Source of the DNA: Tubiluchus corallicola
Lineage: Eukaryota; Animalia; Priapulida
NCBI GenBank assembly: GCA_030141605.1
Contig: JAQGDQ010001005.1
Location: forward strand, 7,162-71,161
Reading direction: 5' to 3'
Length of the DNA: 64,000 nt
A model generated the notes under the pieces. That model did no database searches and was not told where the DNA came from. It saw only the letters and a list, made by a program, of their open reading frames with translations. Position 1 is the stretch's first letter. Every line of letters begins with the position of its first letter. A program made the translations under genes and the position numbers. This document shows positions 49,144-61,866 of the stretch, in pieces.

Positions 49144-52100
49144 ATGAACGCAAAAGTTGCACATAACGATTCAGATGTGGATGATGCTGACGAGGCTCCA
49201 TCAGCTTTGCCTCACATTCCGGAACGGTTAAGACATCGAACATTGTCAGAGGGTTGCTATTCAGATCGTCCTCCACGCTTTCGAGGCCAGAGGTCAATGT
49301 CTCATGGCCATATTGGTAGACGACGGTTGTATAAGTCTCCGAGTGATATCATCAAGTACTGGTCAAGAACTTCTATCGCAAGTATTTCCAGCAGTGGGAA
49401 TTATCCTCTAAGAAGCTGTCCGGGAAGTGAGAATCTACTTTACCCACGCACGTTTGCAGATCGTGTCTTCCGTCCTATACTAAGAAAACATTTCCTCGTA
49501 CCGGAAGAACCGACAAATTGGGAAAAGATTAAAAATGTTTTTCTTTGCCCACCAGTTGATAGAGTCGCAAGGTCTCTGTCACTTGTGCTAATTGTGGTGC
49601 TAATGTGGGCGGTTGTTTGGTCTCTTTTTGGTGATGCTGCGTTACCTGGTGGATACTTCTTTGCTCTTATAGTTCTGATTATTTTGTCCATGGCAGCTGG
49701 TTGGGCCGTAAGTTTTCTACATTTGCCCCCATTGTTAGGTAAGTTAGAACCGAGGTACACATTATAATTTTGATACACTTGTGCTCCTTGCAACCAGGAG
49801 TCAACTGCAAAAGCTACAAAGAAATTTTAGCAACAACCTAAATGTTCAGCGTTAAAATTTGTTTCATTTGTCAATAATATTGTCAAATAGGGGAACTCGA
49901 CAGACAGGTCTACTTGTAAATAGATGCGATTTTACAAGCTTATATGGTTGCATGACCTGTAATAGAAGTAACAATCTTTTTACTACCTGTAACATTCAAC
50001 AGCTGTCACTGCTAGTAAAACTTTAGCACAGATGAACAGAGAAATGGGTATAGAAGCATTAAGCGGTAAGCCTCAGTAGCAAAATTACCTATAAAACCCA
50101 TCACACAGAATTATCCATGCATTATATGATAAAACTTAACCTCGTAAAGTTGAAAGTGTAGTTTTTGCAGGAATGCTTATTATGGGAGTGCTCCTTCGGA
50201 ACGTTCCTGGTATTGATATAGCAAAATACTTGGATAGATCATTATCTGCTGTCTTAAGGTAATTACTTGATTCCTTATTAATTATGATATGGACTCACAA
50301 TGTTTTTAGCAGTTTTTTTGTATTGATTTTTTTAAAGTTGATCGCTACTGTTTTCTTAGCTAGTATATATTATTTGATTTAAGTTTGCATCTATCACCTG
50401 ATTATAAATTAATTTACAGGTGACATTGCACTGCTGAGACAAATTTAAAATATTTAATGTAACTGATGTGCAAGATAGTGACTTATTTACATTCATATTT
50501 AAATACGTTATAAACACATTTCCAGTATGTCACATTTCCAATATTTCAGAAATGTAGCTCTTGTTGTCATTCTTATACGTGCTGGCTTGGGACTGGATCC
50601 TTCGGCCTTGAAGCGTCTAGCATTTGTGTGCGTGAGATTAGCTTTTATACCTTGCATATTTGAGTGCATAATTGTTGCTACGATGTCCCATATTTTGCTG
50701 GACTTTCCTTGGGACTGGGGATTTTTACTAGGGTAAGTGTGTGCCCTAATTTTGTGTAATAAGCTGGTATAATGCCACGGCTTGAGCTCGATGCACTAAC
50801 TGTTAATTTCATAATCTTGCCAATTTTAATATCCTTGTCTGCATAATTTCTGTCTTTAATTTGTAAGTCTTTTTCACTCTTTTTCAGGTTTGTGTTGGCA
50901 GCTGTCTCACCTGCTGTGGTTGTATCTAGTCTGATTGGGATTCAGGAAAGGGGCTTAGGAGTCATAAAGGGGATACCTACTTTAGTCATAGCAGCGGCTA
51001 GCATCGATGATGTGTTAGCTATCAGTGGTTTTAGCGTTGTACTCAGTATTACTTTTGCTACTGGTAAGAATGCAGCTGTAAGTTACGTGAATGTGAGGTA
51101 GTCAAGCTTTTGTGCAGACTTTTACTTGCTGTAAACAGAAAATACTAGTACAGTAGGTGCCACCTAATAGATTCATTTTCGGACAGAAGTGTTTGACCCA
51201 ATTAACCGACCGAGTCAGTTAGCCGAAGTATTTAGTATAGTACTTCTATACAAGTTTGATTGGTTAAATAAAAAAAGAAAAAAATTGCATAAATCTGATT
51301 GAAAATTACCATATTTCATGCAAGGTTGATTGTTTCATTTCTTCATGAAGAAGTTTGTTTATGAAATTCTCATAGTGATGAAAATGTTGAAAATCTGTTA
51401 CTGTATGCTCCATACATTCACACAAAACTCCTGTAGTCACCTAGTGCTTGAGCTGCAGTTGGTGATGACCTTGTTTCCCCTGTGAAAAGCACCAGGAGAT
51501 TGCAAACTGCTAGGCAAGTGATTAGCTTCCAGAAACAACGAGGTTAACTACAGCAGACCAATTCAAATTCAAAGCAAAACCGCTACGCTTTAGAACATAT
51601 TAACGCATATGATAAACGTACTGTGCCTGCTTACAAAGCAGCACTTGACATGATTGTTTCTATGTACATTATGGTGCACAAAGTCGATGTAAAGATGACG
51701 TAAAAGCAGTAAAAACTCTTTGGGCTCACTCAAGTGTCTTTTTTTAAGTACGTGAAGGAAAAATATTGAGTCAATTATGCGGAGTTATTTGAGTCAATTA
51801 CCTACAGTTTTTATATACATTTGAATAGGAGCAGCCCATTCCAGGTATTTTTGAATCAATTAAGAGATTAAGTCTATTAACTGTGAGTCTAATAAATGGC
51901 GCCTACTGTGTGTATCTTTGTTGATCTAACCACAAACCTTGAGGGACCTGAGAAAAAAGTACAGAAAACGGTAGAGTTGAAGTTAATAACTGTACGTTAC
52001 AGATGAGCATTGTGTAACAGACTTATTACTCCACTGTTCCTAGTTGATTTCACTAATATTCTAGGTGGTTTGGTGTGGACAATTTTCAGAGGTCCGTTAG

Positions 52101-55100
52101 AAATGATAGTGGGAATTGCGTTTGGTTTGTTGGCTGGTTTTATTACTTGGTACCTTCCAGAAGCAACTGCAGTGAGTTATAATGTTTACTAGTCTTACGT
52201 AATAACCCTTGCAAGTAAGCGTTAAAGTTTAAAATAAAAGATGAAGACTGGAATTATGACTACCATAAATTACAATTTACAAGGATGCGATGAAATGCGT
52301 TGAACTCATACGAATGCTTAGAGCACAAGAAAACCCTCTGCTTACATAAACTGATTTTTGTTTATCAATAAATACTGGTTTTTTGCATACAGGTCTTGCA
52401 TCACTGTATAAAACTTATAAATTTAAACTCTCGCAATGACAGTTAGATGCAGCCATTTTGACGACAAGTCATTGGAAACACGTTTAGATAACAATGAGTA
52501 AAGTTTGAAAAAATAATCAGCGCATTGGTAGCGCACATGTCACTAACTGAGTAAAATTTTAAACTACCGTATCTTGTCAGCAAGATTAAAAATACGTTTT
52601 CTGGTTAGTGAGTGGTGCACCCTGGAGTGTGAGTCAGCGACATTTTACCAATTGGTGAAAACATTTTAAATAATTAATAATTTTCTTTTCTAGTTACATA
52701 AGTCTTTCAAGCAGGTGAAGAAAATGTTAAGTAATATAACTTTGCATGGAAATTTTTTAGGGACATAATTTAACATTTTTTTCTCCCCTGATTTACGTTG
52801 TGCATATGTGACGTCATGTAATTGCGCGGTCGGAACAGTATTGCGGGAGATTTAAAATTAAAACAAAGAAAACATCGTTTCAATGCGAGTACGATATACG
52901 CATAAAATTTCTGTAAAGTAATATAATTTTTCAAGACGATTTTTCTGAAACCTACTTCAGGTACCTCTTTTCTTATCCTTTAATTCAATTGCACTCATTA
53001 CATGAATAAATCCGGATTAATATCAGATCAATGGGCTTTTTCAGCAAAGCAATGACTCTTGTGTTTCGAGATAATAGTTTACTAATTCCTTATCAGAATC
53101 TGACTGGAAGCACTAAACTACTTTTGCAGTGAATTTTGTAAACTTAATATAAAAATAAATTTGTTAAGCTTGTGTATTTGAAAGAAGTCTTTTGTGCGTT
53201 TTTTCTAGAAGTAAAACAAGGGTGTGCAAATTATCTGACTAGCCGGGCCACATTAAACTTTCCCGCAATTCCTGCGGGCCACAGGCAGTTTGATCAAGGA
53301 GCCAAGTACAAAAAGGCCTAATAACGATTTTTTTGCATCCGACCTGCGTACATAATTACTACTACACTCAAGAAACTATTTTAGAAGTTATTAAAATTTA
53401 TATTACAAACCATATATTTCTACTTTCGGGACAGATAGTGGTAATTTCATTACAATGCATATTAGTAATGTATATCACACAGTCTGTGTAGTACAGTGAC
53501 ATTAATGACCTTACAGTGTCTTGTAAGGGTTAATGGCATCCAATCTAGTAGAAAAACTACCCGCACTATCTTTGGGATCGTGGCACGGACTTCAGCTGGA
53601 TACACTCAATTAATCGCCTGGGCCGCACTTTCATTAAGTTGACAAATCTCTTCGCGGGCCGCACATAGTCTCTCGGTCGGCCACAAGTGGCCCGCGGGCC
53701 GCAATTTGCACACCCCTGCTATACACCACTCGACTTTGTGTTCGTGTTGCTAAATAAAACATGTCTTTATAACGTTGACTTGGATATAATTAATGTTGCA
53801 TGGTTGTGGTAAATTCAACATAAATTATTGCAGGATACTGTAGTGCTGCAGAGGTTTGTGCTGCTTTTCGGAGGTGGCTTGTTTTCCGTGTTCGGCAGCA
53901 AAGCGGTGGAGTTTTCCGGAGCTGGAGCATTGGGATGCCTCACAATGACGTTTGTGTCAGCGTATAGCTGGAGAATAAATGGTTGGTCAGACGACAAGGT
54001 AATAGTTAAAAAAACTTAGAAGAAACATTGTTCAATAAGCTTTTTCACAGTTTTGTTGTGCGCACTGTAGGTCAAAGGTCAAGTGTACCACAGCAACACG
54101 TCTTAATTATAACTGTTGTGTGGCATGTGGGTAAAGCAAAGCTGTCTGATTCTTTAGCTCAGTAACGTCAGTTGTTTTACGTGGGCTTTACTTAATTATG
54201 CTTTAGTTTGTGCATAGAGTATTTAGTAGGAAGATATTGCTGGAGAACAAGAAAAATTGAACGAGGTAAGATTCTAGCTAGCTGTTAAAACTGTTACTAT
54301 TACAACAGCATGGGCTGCGAGGCGCTGTCAAGTGTACACAAATGCGTTGTCTGGTACACTTAACCTTTGACCTTTTCATGATCATCATCGATCGCTGGAA
54401 CTGTGAAAAGGCTTATTATAATGCAAAATAAATTGCAGAAATGAATTGCTTGTACAAATCACAACTAATATTCGAATGTCAATATTGTAGCATCCATAGC
54501 ATAGGTAACTACCCAGTCATATAATTGTCAGTTAAATATATTTTTAATTATTTTAATTATTGATTTTCTTTATCACATTCACTGTGTCAGCACTGATGTT
54601 CACTGTTAATGTTAATATTTTCTTTATGTTAACCGAATAAGAAGCTTTGCAAAACCAAATTCTTGCTAGTTGTGCAATACATGATGTTTATGAGTTCCTG
54701 TCAGCAAACTGTAGTAGATTTAAATGTCCATGAACACAGTGATTGCTGGTTTTGCCCAAAAAGCGAAACCACAATGGGCACCATGTTTTTATGCAAATTG
54801 TACAATCTGTTTTATGGCATTTCAATGGACATCATGTTGTATAATAGAAAATGTGCATTCAGTTGGCTAGCAATCTTTCTGTTTGCATAGCATTTAAAAC
54901 TAGGACAAAATGTCTTCATGTATTTTTATTATTTTTATGGTTTTTTATCTCCGTAAGAAATTGAGATGAATATTTATGACCCGCATGAATCATGATTTTC
55001 AAATACAGCGGGTTAATTTAAAGATTTCTCGTTTTATCATTTGTTAGTCAATGGTTGATTGTATTGTATTGCACACTAGGTTTTGTACTTAATTTACGTG

Positions 55101-58100
55101 TTACATGGTGATTGTGCCCGGATATGAAGAAACCCAATATAGTTCCACATAACTACTGCGATACCACCACTTTCTATCTTCTGTAATCTGTGATGTCAAT
55201 GTTTTCAGTACTTGTGGAATATGCATTATGCAAACATACCACATAGTGTATCGTGGACTGTATTATTAATGTAATTACTATAATGTAATTGCTATTTCAG
55301 AATCCAGTAGCTGACATTATGACGGTACTATGGGTGGTCTTCCAGCCGACGTTGTTCGGTCTTATTGGTGCAGAAATTGATGTAACAGTAATCGAACTTC
55401 ATACAATAGGCACGTAAATCGTATAGTTGTAATTTTCTGCCACAGTGCTGTAACTTTGGTTTTTTGTTTGTCATGATCTAGATTGTATTATTAAGTTGTT
55501 ACTGCATTTTTATGTCATTTTTGTTTTTAACAGAAAGGACTTGTAAAAGTCGAGTTAAAGTTGTTTTAAATATGTTCTCCAAGTGTGAAAAAGCATTGCA
55601 AGTTTGTTGCAGTATGAATAGATGAAATGAGTAATAGTTGCATGCACGTGGTTTTGTCGTCTTTGCTGAATGTTTGGCTGCCAGTCTCCCATCAATAGCC
55701 TTGTCAGCTATGTAACCACTAACCACAGTTAGCCAATCAGCTTACTTACCACCAAGCGAACTAGTTAATAAGTTGAAAATTCTTTTGTAAATTTTAATTA
55801 AAATTGTCTACTGCAGGGATGGGTACAGCTGTGCTATTCATTGGCCTGATTGGTAGGGTGATTGCTTCTGTCGTTTCTGTGTCTTTTGGTGGACTAAATT
55901 GGAAAGAAAAACTTTTCCTGGCTTTTGCATGGCTTCCAAAAGCAACAGTACAGGTTTGTATGAATTTAATAGAACTACAACTGAATCTGATTTCAGTCTA
56001 CTTTAACACTTAAAAGATGCGCATTCAAAAATATGGATTTCTCTAACGGCTATGCAAAAATACACACTTTTTAAGTGTTTGTACATTTTTTGGAAATGCT
56101 CTAAATGTATAAACTTTATATCATGTTGCAGATTCTTTCTAGCCGTACAAATCCCATCATAGTGTATTGATATTGCTTGCTAGCTGTGTGCACAATTCCC
56201 TATATGGTATTCTAAATTGTAGGTAAAAAAATCAGATTTACAAAAAACATAAACAAAATTCATGGAACCCAGCTTTGAAGTTTCAGCTAATTTCTCTGCT
56301 GCATTTAAACAACTAGTGTAGTAGCTAGTTGCAAAAATAAGAAAAGCAAAATACATTTTGTGGAATTTGGCTACCAGCTGTATTTTTTAGAGTAAACAAG
56401 AAATGGACATATTACAAAAAATTATACTACACCTCTATTAATTTTCTTTAAATACAGGATATCCTTTCACCTCGGTTGTTTGTGTGCCTCTAAACGTGAG
56501 GAAAGACCTGTTCCGTCAATTTTCTTGGCCGTCGGGTCTTTCCCAACGAGTTATTTCCTGCCTTTGATTTTATACCAGGCCTATTGATTAAACAATTATA
56601 CGGTTAATGATGTGATAAGACAGATTTCCTATATACATACTTGTACAATAAATCTACAGTACTCTTTCTTTAAGTACTTCGTATAGTTATTTATACAGAG
56701 CAAATATTAATTTGCCTACTTCAGAAATGAGTTTCCGACATGTGTAAAATCATTCTCTAGTTTGATACTATCATTTTGTAAACTTTTGGAAAGATTTAGG
56801 AAACACTTTCACTTTCTTTGTGTTTAACAGTAGATTCTCAATCAGGTTTCGTGCTTTGATGTAAACAGGTTGTGTGCTTTGATGTAAACAGGTTGTGTGC
56901 TTTGATGTAAACAAGTTGTGTGCTTTGATGTAAACAGGTTGTGTGCTTTGATGTAAACAGGTTACATGCTTTGATGTAAACAGGTTGTGTGCTTTGATGT
57001 AAACAGGCTGTTGTGCTTTGATGTAAACAGGTTTCATGCTTTGATGTAAACAGGTTGTGTGCTTTGATGTAAACAGGTTGTGTGCTTTGATGTAAACAGG
57101 TTGTGTGCTTTGATGTAAACAGGTTGTGTGCTTTGATGTAAACAGGTTGTGTGCTTTGATGTAAACAGGTTGTGTGCTTTGATGTAGGTTGTGTGCTTTG
57201 ATGTAAACAGGTTGTGTGCTTTGATGTAAACAGGCTGTGTGCTTTGATGTAAACAGGCTGTGTGCTTTGATGTAAACAGGTTGTGTGCTTTGATGTAAAC
57301 AGGTTGTGTGCTTTGATGTAAACAGGTTGTGTGCTTTGATGTAAACAGGTTGTGTGCTTTGATGTAAACAGGCTGTGTGCTTTGATGTAAACAGGTTGTG
57401 TGCTTTGATGTAAACAGGTTGTGTGCTTTGATGTAAACAGGCTGTGTGCTTTGATGTAAACAGGTTTTGCTTTGATGTAAACAGGTTGTGTGCTTTGATG
57501 TAAACAGGTTGTGTGCTTTGATGTAAACAGGTTGTGTGCTTTGATGTAAACAGGTTGTGTGCTTTGATGTAAACAGGTTGTGTGCTTTGATGTAAACAGG
57601 TTGTGTGCTTTGATGTAAACAGGTTGTGTGCTTTGATGTAAACAGGTTGTGTGCTTTGATGTAAACAGGTTGTGTGCTTTGATGTAAACAGGCTGTGTGC
57701 TTTGATGTAAACAGGCTGTGTGCTTTGATGTAAACAGGTTGTGTGCTTTGATGTAAACAGGTTGTGTGCTTTGATGTAAACAGGCTGTGTGCTTTGATGT
57801 AAACAGGCTGTGTGCTTTGATGTAAACAGGCTGTGTGCTTTGATGTAAACAGGCTGTGTGCTTTGATGTAAACAGGTTGTGTGCTTTGATGTAAACAGGT
57901 TGTGTGCTTTGATGTAAACAGGCTGAGTGCTTTGATGTAAACAGGTTGTGTGCTTTGATGTAAACAGGTTGTGTGCTTGTTGATTTTACAGGCTGCAATA
58001 GGTTCTATAGCGTTGGACACTGCTCGTCACCGTGACGCTGGTCCGGAGGTAGAAGATCTCGGACTGAAGGTAAGAACTTTTGAACATTTCTGTCTAATAC

Positions 58101-59814
58101 GTCTATTTTTCCTTTATTTCGATATATAAGCAAGACAGCAGGATAATTTGAGTAAAACTTTAGTGTGCAAAACAGTCCTCTAAAGTTTCACTTGGTATAT
58201 TTGCATTGTAAATTTCTTGTTTATTTGGTTCTCCAATGATCTGGTCGGCAAATTACAGAGGGCCTCCGGTGTTGCTTAGATCTGATTAATCAGTTAATTG
58301 GTTAATCAGCCTCTTGACATCAGCGAGGATTGGTTCGTACTTCGGGGCCTTGTTCCTGCATCTAGCCCTTAGCGATTAGATGTTTCCTGCTGCCAAGATG
58401 GTCGGATCGATAACGTATGTATGACCATCTTTGGTCGCCAGGATGTCGGGATGGTACCTTGGTCTGTCGACCTCAAACCAAGGTTCCCTGACGACCATGA
58501 AGCCCTTTGTGGTGGGGGCTTCGGCGGGCACATCGCACAGTGTATTATGCCGTCGAGATACGTCATTTTGCATCGAAATACACTGTTGAAGTACGTGAAC
58601 GTGAACTTAATAAAAAATTAACAAATTAGCCTGTTAAGCGAATCCTTGACCGGTCCCTGCCCTGATGCTAAAACGTATAACATTTTTTTTTGAAAAAGCT
58701 GAATCTTCCATGTCTTGACGTCCTTTGATCATCACATGCCATGATACTCCAATTGTCAATTGTCAATGTTTTGTTTTTTTACCATAACTTGACCCATTGA
58801 CCTTTAAAGATAACAATACTTTTTGTCTAAGTGACGTGTATTTATAGGCAAGTTCCATTCTCGGAACAAGGAAGCCTTGGTAGTTTTTACTCATGTAATG
58901 TAGGTTTTTTGGCACCTGAACAATATCAAAAACTCTGCTTGTCATACTGTCTGTGTTCAGAAGAATTATTTTCCTCCATGTGTGGTGATGGTGAACCAAT
59001 ACAGCTTCATGAAAGTTTAGATGTAACAGAATGACTGTCACTTTCTGTTTCATGCAAAACTGTATTAATATTAATATGTACCGATAATCTATTTTGCTTA
59101 ATAATCAATTTTGAATTTACCATTCAGTCTTGTGGAAGTGGTTTGTATTTTATACGTATTTTTTTGCATACATGTGATCTTTTGTATATCCACGGAGAAC
59201 GATATTTGTTTAAATTCTTTTTTTGTCGTTATATAATGTTTAAACGCGAAAGTAGGAAACCGGTTTATATGAAACGATGGGGGCATACTAATTGTGAGTA
59301 TTTATTTTCCACAAGTTACTCTGTGTACGGGAAATGTTTATCAAATATTGCATGAGTTCATGGTTTATTACACTTACTTTAGGTCAACCATGATGGCTGT
59401 TTTGCGTTGATTTTGTATTTTTTGTCTGTGTTTTTGTGTTGCAGAAATTTTTATTTTTCTCTCCATTGAACAAGTTTGAATCTTTTTTTGGGAAATTTAT
59501 TAATAACTTTTATATAAACATTGTATTAAATACAAATATTTACAAGATCAGTTGCCTGTATTTATATTAATTTTTTTCCACTGTCATATTTACAGGTGCT
59601 GACAGTTGCTGTATTGTCAATTCTCGTTACTGCTCCTCTGGGTTCTGCAGCAATAGCGTTAAGTGCACCCAAACTTTTGTCAGATGACTCGGTTCACGTA
59701 CTAGAAGCCATCAGGGCAGCAGAAGAAGTGGCTTCAGGAGACATTCTTTCTGAACAGGTGGGGATCAACAAAGAGAATCACATACATGATGACGACGTTG
59801 TTCATAGTGTGTAA
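49144..59814 (+). CDS. SLC9B2: Na+/H+ antiporter SLC9B/NHA2-like, ~618 aa; exons 49144-49738, 50171-50258, 50550-50732, 50888-51063, 52065-52171, 53834-53998, 55301-55409, 55817-55953, 57992-58069, 59596-59814
   Basis: Exons sum to 1857 nt in frame. NHA motifs LPPLLGML, ILIRAGLGLD, LAAVSPAVVV, GIPTLVIAAASIDDVLAI (DD pair), SGAGALG, FQPTLFGLIGAEI, AWLPKATVQAAIG, AVLSILVTAPLG. The exact start codon and orthology are uncertain. Confidence 0.93.
51151..51908 (-). mobile_element. Tigger/pogo-like deletion derivative
   Basis: TIR CAGTAGGTGCCA/TGGCGCCTACTG after TA; a decayed - strand segment ends KKMKQSTLHEIW, like pogo transposase tails. Confidence 0.72.
53217..53718. mobile_element. hAT (Charlie-like) MITE family A, copy 4
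   Basis: Near-identical to 29959-30459; no recognisable TSD. Confidence 0.9.
54034..54417. mobile_element. Unclassified MITE family B, copy 2
   Basis: TIR AATAAGCTTTTTCACAG/CTGTGAAAAGGCTTATT. Confidence 0.82.
56843..57978. repeat. 23-bp minisatellite, ~49 copies, abutting an NHA splice acceptor
   Basis: Unit GTGTGCTTTGATGTAAACAGG(T/C)T; source of the repetitive 386-aa and 328-aa ORFs. Confidence 0.98.
58312..58573 (-). mobile_element. Fragment of an RLE-type non-LTR retrotransposon (R2/NeSL-like endonuclease domain)
   Basis: RRHNTLCD...GFMVVREPWF...YHPDILATKDGHTYVIDPTI...*...RNKAPKY carries the RHN, EP, PD..D and KxxKY motifs; internal stop. Confidence 0.8.
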
Positions 59815-60994
59815 TGTACGTACTGAAAATGTGGCCAATTTTTATATACTACAATCGTGTGTGTGTGTGCACTGCTTAAGATTATTATATACTTTTCGTT
59901 ATAAACATTATAAGCTTGTAGCTTATTTATGCATTTATTTTTAGACAGTTAAGAAAGAACACACGTAAGTTTTCATCAACTGTTTTGCACACTGTGTTTC
60001 AGATATAGTAATAAAATATTGTAAAAAACCGTTTTATGAAAGCGGTTGATGACGTCATGTATCCATGTTTGGGAAACAAGTTTTAAGCCAAGCTTACTTC
60101 GACTTGTGATACAACGTAACTCACCTCAACTGACGGGAAATAATCGTAGACAGGTGCTCGGCTTCGCGACGACTGATTTCCAGCAACTGTACGCGACGGG
60201 TTCCTGCGAGTCGCAACACTGTGCGGGTTGACGATGACCGAGCATTCGCAATTGAAAAAATTTCTTTACAAAGCATAATAATTGGCGAACAATGCTCGAG
60301 CTCCGAGCATTGTTGAGTATGCTGGGATTAGAACAAGAGCAACTGACTGGATCTGAGTTGCGTTGTATACCTCCGTGTGTCGACTGGATATACTGGGAAC
60401 TAGTGGTGTACCGTATGTAGCAAATTGCAGCCAGTTGCTTTCAGTTGCGTTGCGTCACAAGGTCGACCTAAACCTGCATTGATTTTAAGGAATTGCGTGC
60501 AAGATTGCTTAAAAGTTAACGCTCGTAAACATGGTAGGATGGATTGTTGCAATAACCAAGTGTTGCTCGAATTAGGGCAATATTTTAGGGTAGTTGTTAA
60601 AAGCTCAGCCGTCCACTTGTTAGTTTTTTCTTTTCTGAAGCAAGTTGTGATATGGAGTGAGTTATTTTCTGTTTTTGATAATCGTTTTGCAGTATGCCTA
60701 GACTGTGATATATTCAACCAACTGAACATGCTTCTTGATTAGTGATATTGTGTTCAGTGCGAGCCTAAAGTGTTAGTTGCTCAATGAGATTTTTTGTCAG
60801 GGAGGAATACTTTTTAATCTCATCTAGTCACATAGGCAAGTCCAAACCGTAGTTATTAAAGTCTTCATGTGTCAAGTAGGACCGGCTGTAGGTAGTTTGA
60901 CACCCTCGGAAAAAGTATTTTTAGCGCCTCCTCCTGAACGATCAACCCCTTCCCCCACGGTCTACGCCCCACTCACAATATGGTTTAGTCCCAG

Positions 60995-61263
60995 ACCAGA
61001 CTGTTTAGTCTTGTGGTAGTGCGTCTGCTTTCCGTCTGGGAGGTCGTAACTTCGAACCAGCGGCCGTGTCACACCAAAGACTTTAAAATGGTACCTGCTG
61101 TTGCCCTGCCTGACGCGTGGTATTTAGGGTAAAAGTGGGGTAATAATAGTCTCTGTTATGTAGTTGTAGGTTGTTATTTACAGTCGGCGATAATAGCTCT
61201 TTGAGCTAATGTTAATTGTTGACACAAAAGCCGATTATAAATAAAGATTATTATTATTATTAT
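60995..61263 (+). mobile_element. tRNA-derived SINE (MetaSINE-like core), copy 2
   Basis: Highly similar to 36515-36815, with a (TTA)n tail. Confidence 0.85.
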
Positions 61264-61866
61264 TCATTTTTTCTTGTATAATATTATAATAAATTAGAAT
61301 GGTATACTGTATTATAGTGTATAATGTATTATAGTGCACTAATTAAGTATAGTCAATTACCTATCTACAGCTTGTGTTGATTGAATTTGAGGTTGAATTT
61401 ACGATGCCATTGTGCATTTTGGGTGCTGCGTGAAGTGGTGTAATCTGAGAAAACTCGATAAAGCAAAACTAAAGTGTTTTCCTGCAGGAAGACACTTCCT
61501 AGCATTCAAGATTGACACGTTTCGACAGGAAAATAACACAGCTAATTTGTTTCTTTTAATAAGTGTTGTACACTTAAAGAATTACACATGCAAAATGTTA
61601 TTACTTTGGCTAAATTTCAAAATTCAAGAATTACTCTCAGAATTTGGCGCCTCCCAAAAATGAGCGCCCTAGACAGCTACCTATTGGTAGAGCCGGCCCT
61701 GGTGGTGAGAACTAATCTTGTCTATTTAGGTGTAAGAAGTATGTTATATTTTTAATGCTGAATGCTCTTAAGTTTAAAAATGTACAACATCGTGTAGGTA
61801 GTTGCAACAGTAATCTCTGTAGACACTTCATAACTGTGTTTTTGTGCATACAATTGTGATTACATT

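Noticed and set aside
49440-49793. Antisense ORFs over real exons (also 8144-8374, 30695-30916, 53815-53997)
   Set aside because: Shadow frames of the ZP, ACSL and NHA exons.
52220-52985. Kolobok-like TTAAAG...CTTTAA elements (also near 14.7 kb and 31.3 kb)
   Set aside because: Only single CCTTTAA-type ends are visible; I could not pair the TIRs confidently.
3935-57978. CRISPR-like interpretation of the 47, 62, 72, 63 and 23-bp arrays
   Set aside because: Units are contiguous with no unique spacers, there are no cas genes, and the context is a spliced eukaryotic locus.
56771-58020. 386-aa and 328-aa - strand ORFs
   Set aside because: They are translations of the 23-bp minisatellite cycling through frames, antisense within an NHA intron.
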